Shown in pieces: positions 38,101 through 49,574 of a stretch of 64,000 nt of DNA. The stretch's first letter is position 1. Each line of letters starts with the position of its first letter. The notes below the pieces were generated by a model, which worked only from the letters and a program-made list of their open reading frames with translations, had not been told where the DNA came from and made no database searches. The position numbers and the translations under genes were made by a program. This DNA comes from Lingula anatina (taxonomy: Eukaryota > Animalia > Brachiopoda), in NCBI GenBank assembly GCA_051362555.1, contig CM120649.1, positions 6,200,001-6,264,000 of the forward strand. Direction: 5' to 3'.

Positions 38101-39832
38101 CTTTCAATGTGTCTGTGTGAAGCAGAGAATGGCTGCCTCTTATACTTTTTTCTGTCTGTTTTAGTGGGTGTGTATGAAACAGAGAATGGCCGCCTCCTGT
38201 ATTTATTCCAGGGTCAGGTTGGAGGCGTCACACACATACAGTTTTCCTCAGATGGTTCCAAGCTATTCACAGGTGGAAGAAAGGTATAACTTAAACACCT
38301 TAACATTGTATAAAATTAAAACAGGGACAGAAGTGTTCCTCTTTTAGCCGAAGTGCCCTCAGGCATTTCAGAATTGTTTGCACAAATTGTCAATTATAGA
38401 TAATTAAACCAGGATTTTCTTTTTTTTATTTCATTTTACTTATTAATTTTTAAATTTATTTATTTATTTATAAAAAAAAGGTATGCAAAATGAATATGCC
38501 TGTCTGGTTTGCTTGCAGGCACCCATGTATAAGAGCAAATTTCCCCCTTTTGCATGTAAAGATACTCTAGAATATTATTGAATTTTTGTTGAAAATTTCC
38601 GAAATGGCACAAGAGTAACATCATAAGTATACAATGGAATTCAGTTTAATGACTTTTTATATCAATGTCTTTCAGTTCGTATCAGCCAGTTTTGTTTGTT
38701 TTAACATATTAAAATACCAAATATTCATGCAGTGTACGTGTATCACAAACATATATTTTATTGACAGGATCCAGAAATCTTGTGCTGGGACATGAGAAAC
38801 CCTGGCGCTGTATTGTGTGTGATGTCACGAGAAGTCCTGACCAATCAGAGAATTTATTTTGACATAGACAGGTAATTGTAATATATTCTGAATTTCCTGA
38901 TAATGATACACATTTTAGGATTTTTTGAAGCAATTTAAAATCCGATGCATTATTTGTGTAATATCTTTATGGCTCATCAACTCAACATAAATATTAAGTG
39001 TAAACATTATAAACAGCATTTATTACTAAAAAACACTATCAAAATACCTGATAATACATGCTGTTTATAATTTTGAAGAGCTTGTCAAGCACAACAATGG
39101 ATTTTTTTTTTTTTTTAATATGAATGGGCTTACTCACCGGGGTGGTAGCGCCTCTCTGATCCCCCAGTTTTCAGGTTTCTTATTTGTGTTCACAGCACTG
39201 GGAGGTATCTAGTGAGTGGTAACCACAATGGCACTGTCTCAGTGTGGGATACTTTACAGCCTCCACAGCCACAAGAGTCAGGTGATCCTGTTCTGACACC
39301 AATACTGCACTTCAAGGCACACACAGACACAGTGAATGGTGTCAGGTAAATGTTGGAGAGAGAGAGAGAGAGAGAGAGAATTGTCTCAATGCCACTTAAT
39401 TTATTATCAAACATGTGTGCACTATTTATAAAACTAAGGTATATTGGTCAAGTTCGAAAACCAGTCAGATTGGATTTTCTTGTTTCAGTCTGTTTTTTCA
39501 ATAATTTTGATGCTGTATTTTCAGTAGAAGTTCAGGGCTGAATGCCAAGCCCCAAAACTTATTAAATATAATTCCTGCTTTATTTTATCGTCCATGTTTA
39601 CACTGTCAAAAGTTGTCTTTCTGTAAGTAGCTGGCTAATTTTCACATTTAAGCTTCTTTTTAAAGTTCAACTCCAATTTTATTCCAGTTTCCATCCCAGT
39701 CTTCCTCTTCTGGCAACAGCCTCAGGTCAGAGACATTTTGAAATTTCAGACGATGAGGATGAAGAGGAAAAGAAAATGTTGAACCAAACAGTAGAAGATA
39801 ACTCATTACGGCTATGGAAGTTGGCAGTGTGA
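32196..39832 (+). CDS. WRAP53: Telomerase Cajal body protein 1 (WD40 protein WRAP53/TCAB1), 11 coding exons, 571 aa
   Basis: Exons 32196-32752, 33196-33291, 34045-34189, 34698-34786, 35693-35783, 36548-36680, 37759-37845, 38165-38283, 38768-38871, 39196-39345, 39688-39832 (1716 nt, phases compatible). Diagnostic motifs: [149 protein letters not shown]. Confidence 0.95.
34232..34405. mobile_element. MITE in WRAP53 intron 3
   Basis: TIRs CTGGGGTAGCG(G)TA / TAGCGCTACCCCAG, with CATAT on both flanks. Confidence 0.65.
36185..36414. repeat. MITE-like dispersed repeat; second copy at ~40970-41185
   Basis: Shared TTTAGATCGACCTAACTCCCT.GGGGTTCA...GTTAATTACC...TAGTAGGCGGGAC...CTGACAGTAATCTAGTGA.ACTCCCC...GATAGATCGATCTAAA with inverted ends. 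Confidence 0.75.
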
Positions 39833-40969
39833 AACGATGCCTGAACTGGCAGTCGTTAGTTTTGCCATCATCATCTTCATCATGCGAAGAATGGTGGATA
39901 TTGTGAAATGAACTGACAGTCTTACAAGAGACAGTGGTAGTCGGCCTATGATGAAGGACAACACAGTCTAAATGTAGGGCAGTCAAGGAAAAGAAGTAGA
40001 AACAGTCTCTTCTCTTTTAGGAGAAGGGAGAGGAGGAAGTTTTGGAAGTCATGACCGTCTAACGGTAGCCAGCTAAAGATGGTCTAGGTTTGTTCCAGGA
40101 TATGAGACGGCTGAAGAAAAGCAAAGACCAGCTTGTTTTCTTTTTTTAAATGACAATAAATCTGACAAAGATGCATTCTGAAGACAGCGTGTTATAGAAA
40201 TCCAATAGTGCACACAGCAGCGGGAGTCATTTCTAAATTACACGCAGCTGAGAAATGGTCGTCTTCAGTGCTCGCTGATATTTCAGGGGTCCCTAGAAAA
40301 TTTAACGAAATTGAAGAGGTGATACAATTGTTTTGTTAGGGCCTAGTAGTGGCCTCTGCGGTCAAAGAGTAGTCTTCAGCCCAGTTTCATAAAACTTATG
40401 AAAGAGAACTGCAAACAAGATAACGTTTAGTGTTTGTCATACCAATGCAAAACGTGTATAAGCAAGGCTGAAAAGTTTATCTGTATAGAGCTGTATGACA
40501 GTTCATTTGAAGGTGCATGTTTACAATTCGGAAGTGGGAGCCAGTGTCTTATACACGTTTTATAGAAAAAATAAATCTCGTATAGTTTTTATATGAAGAC
40601 CGTCTTGTTAGAACGTTTTTGTATTTATTTTACTTCAGTTTAATTTTTTTTAAATTAATTTTTATTTTTGTCGGAAGTTTTTCATGTTATTGTTTACGCT
40701 TTTACCGAAAATACGTCAGCTGACACGATTTTTGCACATAAAAGTTGTTGAAAACTGTGAGATTGTCGGGGTACCATTTTCATTTACTAAAAACAAATGG
40801 AAAATAAATATATTATCATTTTTGCCATTGGTGATCTGGATCCATCAAAAGTCGTATATTCTCACACCGCCTTGCTAAAATAGTGTCAATTCCAACAGAT
40901 TATATGTATGATTAATTACGGCTAATTGTATAAAAATTCACTTTTCAGCCATCTCATCCCCTGTGTAAC

Positions 40970-41185
40970 ACCCCATTCCCATAGATTAGATCGACCTACT
41001 TTAGATCGACCTAACTCCCTGGGGGTTCACGCTAAATAGCTGTCAGCCGGGCGGACACGAAAGTTAATTACCTCCTTCCAGCTTGTAGTAGGCGGGACGG
41101 AAACTTAAGGCGGATTATCTGACAGTAATCTAGTGAGACTCCCCGCGGTGATAGATCGATCTAAAGTTGTGGGAATAGACCCTAA
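40970..41185. repeat. Second copy of the MITE-like repeat at 36185-36414
   Basis: High similarity to 36205-36400. Ends CCCATTCCCATAGATTAGATCG / CGATCTAAAGTTGTGGGAATAG. Confidence 0.75.
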
Positions 41186-43259
41186 GAGGAGACATGATCC
41201 CGTTTTAAATTTGCTTGCGCTGGGACAAAGATATTTTCTCGCTTCGCTTGACATATTTAAAAGAACACAAAAACAACTGTAATATGAAGGATACAGAGAC
41301 GGAATTTTGCTTGGTTTAGTCTCCTTTCGGTTGTTTTCTTTTTCTTTCTTTCTTTTATTTTTATTCATTTGTTTTTGAGAAGGGGGCGTGTACTAATATT
41401 CCCATTCCTGGATCCGCCCTTTGTCTTAGTGTCAGTTGCAATCTACGGCTATTGAGCTAGCTCCGTAAATAAAAGTGTGAATATTGAATTGAGACAGTTG
41501 GGCTTATATTGTCCTTGTATATTGCATCTATCATAGCGTTAAGGGACGAAGTAAAGAGTCCAAACACACTATTGTGTTTGGAGTGCTTCGTGTATTTAGT
41601 GTGCTCGATTCTGAAAAATAAGTCGTCTGTTTCCTCGCGGGTTGGTGAAACCAAAAAAGTAGAAACGAATTTGAGATGTATATTTTCGATAGTCACATTT
41701 TATTATAAAAGATGCATTTTATTATGAAATGTATAATGTGCTAACGTCCAAAGTTGGGTTCATTTACGGTTCTCAACGACCTTTCAGTGTTGCACGAAGC
41801 TTTATAGGGCTGCGTTGTACACAAGTAGATTGAAAAATAACTTTTATTTGATTTTCTTTTCTTTCTTTATCGTCTCCCATGAAGAGCACCAAAAATGATT
41901 CACATGTTTTTTTTAATTTGTTATCTGATCAAACGGATGATCTGGTGACCTTGCTTTAATACTCGTTTTCCTTCCATATATTTCAGAGCAAATATATAAC
42001 TCCAGCCAATCGCTTCGCACATTTAAATAGGGGGTTGACTAGCGATGTTTTAAAGTTCCATCTGCAAAAACCATGTTGACATGGTGCATCATGCGTTTTT
42101 CTTGATATTTTGAAAATTAGGGTTATTATTATTGACAGTAATTTCAACCATCATTCTACCAAATTTTACACTCAAACAGTCTCTTTAAATGTTTTAGACA
42201 ACCAATTCAGCTGACCACATAAAACATGGACGTATGCACGCATGCACTCCTTGAATTTTTAATTCGAATAAGTGTGCGCTTTTTAGCAAGATGGCCAATG
42301 CATTGTTATAAAAACAGCACCCCTTCAAGATATAATAGCCACAACCACTAGCCACTGAAATAGAAAACAAGATGACACCTAACTGTCAAAACACACGGCC
42401 CGTGATTAGTCCCTTTCATCGCCACTTTGAAGTTGTTCTTTAATTTATCATCTCAATTATTTGATCTTTTATTTCAATAGCAATCACTCGTGCCGACTGT
42501 TGGTTGCTATCCGGGGTTTTCTCTTTGCACGCACAAAATGATAGACGATCTAGTTAGTGTGATAGGGCAATACAATATCTACGGCGTTCCGTGGTCACTT
42601 CCATGACGGACAGAGTAATGTGAGATCAGATGGGGAGATGCAACGGTGTGAATAAAATGCTAGAAAATGTAATTGAATATTCAGTACTCTTCGATACTCG
42701 GCTTGTGACTTAGAAGAGAACGGTACGATACATATATGTGCTTTATTACCTGAATACAAGTGCGACAATATAACGTATGATAATTGAATGTAACAATAAA
42801 AAATATTAACTACACTGTATACCTTACCAAGCATGATCACAAACAATTTGGTTTATCTTGTAGTATTATTAGATTTCTTTTTAATATTTGAACAAATATT
42901 TAAATAAATAAATAAATTACGATACAACATTATGATATACTTAAATTCAAGTAAACAGATATTTAAATTATTATACTGAGTTGAAGAAATGTCAGTGTAC
43001 TCAAAAATGGTGAATGATTCTGAAAAACAAAAAAAAAATATTTTTTATTAGTTTAAAGAGAGTTTTCATGTGATTTCAATTGATCACTCGTTTTTTACTT
43101 CACATTTTCAGTTTTTACCTCCCATATAACTTAATTTACTTATTTTCTTTGCTAAGATAGAAAAATACTGGAAACCACATCAAGAAAACATGAAACAGTC
43201 CGTTAAGAGAAAGTTCATGGGCATTTTTTTCTCATAAATACGATTATATTCTTGTCAAT

Positions 43260-43675
43260 TCATCATCATTGGGTGCTATCCACTCTCAGCAGGTTGGCTG
43301 TCATAGATTGCCATGCCTCCCTATCTTGTGCCATTTTTTTTTTATTGGCACATTCTTTTATGTTGTCCATCCATGTTGTTCTTGGCCTTCTTTTCCCTCG
43401 CTTCCCATTTTAAATGTTCCTTCAAATGACAACCGCTACAAATGATATTTTCTTATGATATCACCAAAATAAGTTAATTTGCTTTTCTTGATGGCGTTCA
43501 AAAATGATCTTTTTTTTATTTTTTAGTTTTGTACTCCCTCATTGTTTTTGTGTTCAGTCCATGGTGTTTTAAACATCCTTCAATATACCCACATTTATAA
43601 TATTTCCAGTTATGTCTTTGTTGTATTTGTAGGTGTTCATGTCTCTGAACTGTGTAACTGTTTACACCATGTAAC
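43260..43675 (-). mobile_element. 3' fragment of an RTE-clade LINE
   Basis: The minus strand encodes degenerate PWTEHKNNEGV...RPRTTWMDNIKE...AQDREAWQSMTANLLRVDST followed by an (ATG)n tail, typical of RTE ORF ends. Confidence 0.7.
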
Positions 43676-43796
43676 ATTTAAAGGGATAATAACTGTTCGT
43701 TTTGGCCAAAAAATGAATTTTCCTGGAGTTAACAACAAATTTCCCCATACTTACCAATGGTTAACAAATTCATTTCTTCATTCAAAGTTAATCCCT

Positions 43797-43831
<35 letters not shown>

Positions 43832-46317
43832 TAATAATTTCGTAAGAGTATAGCCATCTATGAAGGTCACGTGGTCTGATGACAAGCTCAGATATCAGAA
43901 CAATACCGATAACTGCCGTTTTTTGTGGTAGAACAGAATGTATTATATTTCTAAGAGTTGTTAACAATGTTTTTATTGTGAAATATAGATCTCATGAGAA
44001 GAGTTAATAATACGCAGCCATAGACTAATGTTCATGTTTTTTTATCTTATAACTTTAGCTAAGTTGTCAAATGCTGATCTTGCAATTTCTATTCTTCTTA
44101 AATTTTTCTGTCACATTTTCCATTTCCTTGTAACTAAGCTTGTATGCATATACATGTGTATCATTTGAAATAACGATATTTACTCGAAAATTGCATTTTT
44201 ACGCCAAGCGATATAAAGAATACGTGCGGAATATTCAGTTTTGCAAAAAAACAAAAAGCAATATGGTTTTGAAACTTTTCTTTGGTATTTTTGGAGTTTG
44301 AATCTTCGGTTTGTTGAGAGTAGGATGGTGAGATTAAGAAGTGTCAGACAATTGATATTGGTACCTCTTGATACCATAAAGACCTAACCAGCTTTTTTCA
44401 TATCTATAAGATTTGCATGTTATATTACACCTCTCATAAAAGAAAGTGAAACAATATATTTTCAAAAAGTCGTTTACCCGACAGCTACTCGCAATTTACA
44501 GGTTAATGAGACATGTTTTTTAAATTAAAAAAAAAAACAAAACAGTAATACTAAATGCTAGGTTCAGTATTGTGTATTAAAGTGCGCTATTCTGTGAGAG
44601 TTTTTTCACAAATTGGTTTTATATTAAAAGACTACTTTTGCCTTTTGTCACTCCCTTTCACGTGTCGCGCTGTAGTAGATATAGTGCAGTAGTCCTCATA
44701 GCAACTTGCCATGAGACACAACTTCTTTCAAAGCCCCCACTTCAAAGAAAATATTTGACCCCATGCCTTGATAGAGTAATATTTCGTAATTACCTGACTT
44801 GATCCATCATTATTTTTATCTATTTATTTACATGTTTATTTATTTATTGCTATAAATAGTTAGAATCTAAAACGAGGAAAAAATAAAAGCAGTTGTGAAA
44901 AAATATTAATTTTCATGAACGAGCTGATACTATAAAGTTATGAGAAAGTTGAAATACGAGTTGTAAGGCAGGATACATGCAGTAGCAACACAGCTTAAGG
45001 TTGGTGAGGTATTTTCCCTTTTATTGCGTTCTTTTCAAAATAAGCATTCTTTAGAAACATTGCTTTCATGAAATACATGTAGTCCTCATAATGCCCTATT
45101 CTATGTTAAATACTTTTCATTCAGTTTCATTTCAGTATACAGGTAATTAATACCGTTGATACATGTAAGATGTTCTTATTAATGGAAAATGGCGTCATGC
45201 TCAGTTTGTTGTCCTCAAGAAATGTTTGTGTGTGACTGAAAAATGAATATTGTATCAATTGGACGATATATTTTGTACATAACAGACTGCAGCACTTGTG
45301 TTTGTATTCAGAGGAGACCGAAAAAGTAATGTTTTTCACCTTTCCAATTATGTACAATTTTACAAACATGATGCCTGTGGGTCTTTTAACATTATTTAAT
45401 TATTTTTTTCGTAAAATAAACTCTGAAACCAAGAGTGCTTAAAAAGGGGCTGTAAGGTTAAAATGGCCAGCAAATTAACAATCAGAAATCTGTATCCTGA
45501 AGATATATCCAAACTGTTCATCTTCAAAATAAGAAAACCGTTCATAAACACACCTTTCTCCCTGCGCAACAACAAAACCAGCCTTGGGCAGCCAGTGAAA
45601 AAAAGTACAAGTCAACAAAGGTCAGGCATCTGTCGCGGGCGTCTTCAATTAAAAAAGATGGCTTCCAAACGGGGTCATTGAGTGCATTTTCGTGTAAACA
45701 CTCCACCAGAATGCGCTGGCCAGAGTACGCTGCGCGAATTATGTGACAGACCGACACATCTCTCGCGTGTGTCGCGTCACGAGATTTGAACCATCCAGCA
45801 CCGCAAGGGCTTGTGACGCGGGGTCACTCGGTGCGTTTCGAGGCCCGAACCAGGATTTATAGCGTGATTTAAATTTGATTTGCTCGTAATGACTTGTTGT
45901 AGTTGCACCAGGAAGGGGTGAATCGGTGCAGAGTGTAGAAGTTGTACTGTGCGTCTTAGAAATTTTTAAATGATGCCGTATCCTATCGCGTGAGGTAGAT
46001 TGACAAACCTTCCTCAAATACTGAATACGTGTCGTGCGTTGTCACACACGCCTCAATGTACTTATTGAGAAATTTTCCTTAAAAAACAGTTGGGGTCTTC
46101 ACTGGCCTATTGAACTGTCGTTGTTGATGTGTTTTTAATATGGAAAGAAGTAGAACAACTTTCAGCATTATTAGAAGCTAACAAAGAAATTGAAACTGAC
46201 CAATTTGCTGATTGCTTGTCAAGGTAACAGGCCGATGAAATGACAGGTATTTTTATGTCACAAAAACAAGAAAAAAAAACAAAGAAAATTGAAGGGAGAA
46301 AATATAGGAATAAAACA

Positions 46318-46584
46318 CATTGGTGGATTTAGGGGGGTCATTGGGGGGGGGGGGGGGCTGACCCCCCTTCGATTTCAGCAAAAATCACACCAAAGGTCCC
46401 CTCTTGAAATAAGAATTTGACAAGCTGAAGCATAGTTCTAAGCCGTACCAAATGGCACCGTTCGCCATCTAAAATTTTTCGGAACCCCCGACAAGGGTTG
46501 GGGGTGGGGGGGGGGTGGGGGGGGGAGGGTCGGCTTTGCATCCGTGCCCCCCCCCCCCTTCACGTAATCCTGGACCCGCCCCTG
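46318..46584 (-). repeat. GC-rich MITE-like element homologous to 23710-23965
   Basis: Ends CATTGGTGGATTTAGG / CCTGGACCCGCCCCTG and shares its core with the 23.7-kb copy. Confidence 0.65.
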
Positions 46585-46943
46585 AAACAGATATGCAGAA
46601 AGGAATGTGATCAATAGCTTATTTGTTAAATGCCATTGTCAAGTACTTTAAAAGCAGGGTTTTCTTGTAAAAAAAGGCAATCAAACGGTGAGGAAAATGA
46701 AAAGTGAGTTCAGTATATATATATATATATATTCAAAAAAGGTAAAAATGTCCATTAAACGAATGAAAAAAAGGCATTTTGAAAGCACGCGTTTTTGTGA
46801 AAAACATAAAAAATGAAAAGTTAGTACAGGTATATATAGATACCGAGTATATACAAAAAAAGTAAGAAAACGTCCTTAAAATTAAATTTAGTTATTTGAT
46901 ATAAACTCATTAGTCATTTGTTCAGAAGTACGTATCCCTCTAG

Positions 46944-46982
<39 letters not shown>

Positions 46983-48299
46983 AAAAAAAAAAAAAAGAAT
47001 GTTGCAGCTTGAAGGATGGCATGACAAGAGCCAAAATGACATGTGCTGCATCAAACAAAGTGTGGATTTTACAACAACTTTTCTTCCAAGGTGTCATCAC
47101 CCCGTGACAGTGCACACCACGTGACGACTAGAGTACCCAGTGAACCTACTGTTACTTGTACCATAAGAATGTTATATACAAAATCGGGTTTTGCCTCAAT
47201 TTTCTTTTTTGAAACTTTTTTTTTCAAGTTATATAAAACCAATATCAGACATGAAAGAGAAAAAAACGGGTAAACGTATAGCCTTTACTTTTGATTGTTG
47301 AATTAATTCTGTGGTCTAAATTAATTACATGAACAATATGATTTTGATCATTCCGCATCACCTATGCTCATATGTAGATAAAGTTACGTTTCTTTCGTAG
47401 TTCTACCTGGATGATAAACCCTGTATAAAAGTACATGTATAGGGCGCCCCGAAACGTTATTCATATTAAAAATAACACAGAAGTTAACAGCCAGAGGGTG
47501 AAAAGAAAACCGCATTTCCAACAAAAAATGGACTCTTTACTAAAACAAACCCTGAAAAAGAAAACAGAGGATGATTTTATTATCTTTAAAAGTAGCAGTC
47601 GAATTGGATTGATTATTTGGGTTCGATGCCTTCTGTAAGATTACATATAAGCGTGCAGTTCATTGTTCAAATTTAAAGACACCCATCTCGCCCCAGATGA
47701 TGCAAATATACGATCAGTTACTTCTGCGTCTGAAAAGTGTAAGTCATTTATTTTGAAATAACTACAAAAGAAAAAGAAAAGAACACATGAAAATAGAAAT
47801 AAAACGCTATACTTTGACAGAAAATGCTCGCCTGTTTTAATGATTGCTCTATTGAAGTTAAACAATTTCTAAAATTTACTGGGACAGAGCACTCGCTTTT
47901 GGTACTTAAAGATATCCTAAGTCATGCTGATCTGTGATGTATCTTCTAAGAAAACGTGTGTTTACCTGTTCCTAGATGAATGCAGCGAAGATAAATGATG
48001 CTTAAGATCTCAAATTATTGACAAAGTTTGAATTTAATTAAGTTTTCGTTGAATTTATTAATTTTTTTCGTTCTCAACGTGGATCTTATCTAGAAATATA
48101 GATGTAGGCCCATGGGAAGAAATATCTGTTACGACTAAAAATCTGCCAATGATGGGTCTGCGTACAACAACATGGATTTGACTTTCCTTCAAGTGATTCA
48201 AAATAAAAATTATCTTTATCTCTATACAGATGCTGAAATAAACTAGTCGTTTTCTTCGAATTGATATTTTATCAAAAGCGCGTAAGTAATCGGTAACTG

Positions 48300-48607
48300 A
48301 AGTCAAGGCGGTGGAGGTCAGAGTTTAAAGGTCAAAGGGAATCGACTAATGAGCTTACTACGTCACAGATGAGGGAGTTTCCATTATACACGAACTTGGG
48401 CATCTTCCTTTTTAAAGGCGGGAATTCCCGGCATCACTAGAACTCTGACTCGATGCAGCGCAGATAAATCATCTCAGGTTGACGTGTTATCTTCACCGAG
48501 CGTTTCAAGTCCCTCGCACTACCTAAGAACGACTAACCCAAGACAACTACCGCACTGCGCTCGCTCTACTGCTGGTTTCGAACAATTGTAAACGGGGATT
48601 TGGAAAG
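48300..48607 (+). promoter_or_regulatory. Candidate promoter and non-coding first exon of an unidentified downstream gene
   Basis: CpG-enriched island, palindromic NF-kB-like CGGGAATTCCCG (48419-48430), AGGTCA half-sites, TACGTCA/TGACGT motifs, and a strong donor AAG|GTAAGG at 48607. Confidence 0.4.
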
Positions 48608-49342
48608 GTAAGGGGGTTTCCCTTATTGACTAAAAACAGGAAAAAAAACACATTACAAGTGAAGAAAGAAAATCAGTGGTTTCAGATCATTTAGATTTTA
48701 TATCTAATAACTTGACTTCTCCAATTACTTTTTTTCTCCACACTGTGAGTGTATAATGTGTAATCAGTGTTGCTCTCTGCATTTTTTTTCTTTTTTGCAC
48801 GATTTTCCTCCTAAATTTCCTTTGTTTTCGAGTATTTTATACTGTTGATGGTGTAATTAACAGTACATAATAGACACATATTTTGTTAGATCCCCTTTGG
48901 AAAACACAAATATAGAGTTATACTCGCATTAAAAATTAGGAGTGGAGTCCAAATTGCACTATTCTTATCAAATTAATTATTAATTAAAATTAAGGATATT
49001 TTGTTGCTTATTTTCATTGTTATGTTAAACGACTCATTTCGTTTATTTGTGTATCCGTTCACCCAACTGTTTATTTATTTATTTATTTATTTATTTTAAT
49101 GTGAGTATCCAAAAAAATACAAAATATATATGCAAAGTAACTGAGATAATTTCACTATATCTAAATGCACGAATATTTGGACCTTGATTTGTGTTAGTGC
49201 GTCAGTGTGTCATTACACCATCAAAACGTGTAGTTATATAATTTAGACCAATTGGTGCGCTCTCTGCTTAATACACTGTCATTTATGGAGTGGTATTGCG
49301 TTTAGATACGTCATAATAGCTAACATTAAGTATGGGCATATC

Positions 49343-49574
49343 GAGATTGGTCGTTCGGCTCAAATGGCAAAGAACACGCCTCCGTAATTTAAGGAGCCGC
49401 CTTCGTTCCTCGTTAAGGTGAATTGAAAGGTCCCAGTTAAGATCCGCTGGATAATAGGGCGTCTCCGTCGCGGGAGGACCTGTCTCCGATCCCCGACCGA
49501 TCCTTACCGAAAGGCCCTCCTATGGGAACCCGGTCTCCGCTCTACTGAGCGGTAGCTGGGCGAAGTGTAATCTC
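49343..49574 (+). ncRNA. Candidate structured RNA element of unknown class
   Basis: Closing helices GAGATTG/TAATCTC and TCGTTCGGCT/AGCTGGGCGA (3 G-U pairs, favouring the + strand) enclose several hairpins. GC-rich within AT-rich flanks. Confidence 0.35.

Noticed and set aside
49395-49450. HDV-like ribozyme or RNase P/MRP identity for the structured element (TTCCTCG, GAAAGGTCCC)
   Set aside because: I could not build the P1/P2/P3/P1.1 nested pseudoknot, nor place a CR-V/P4 partner in the right order.
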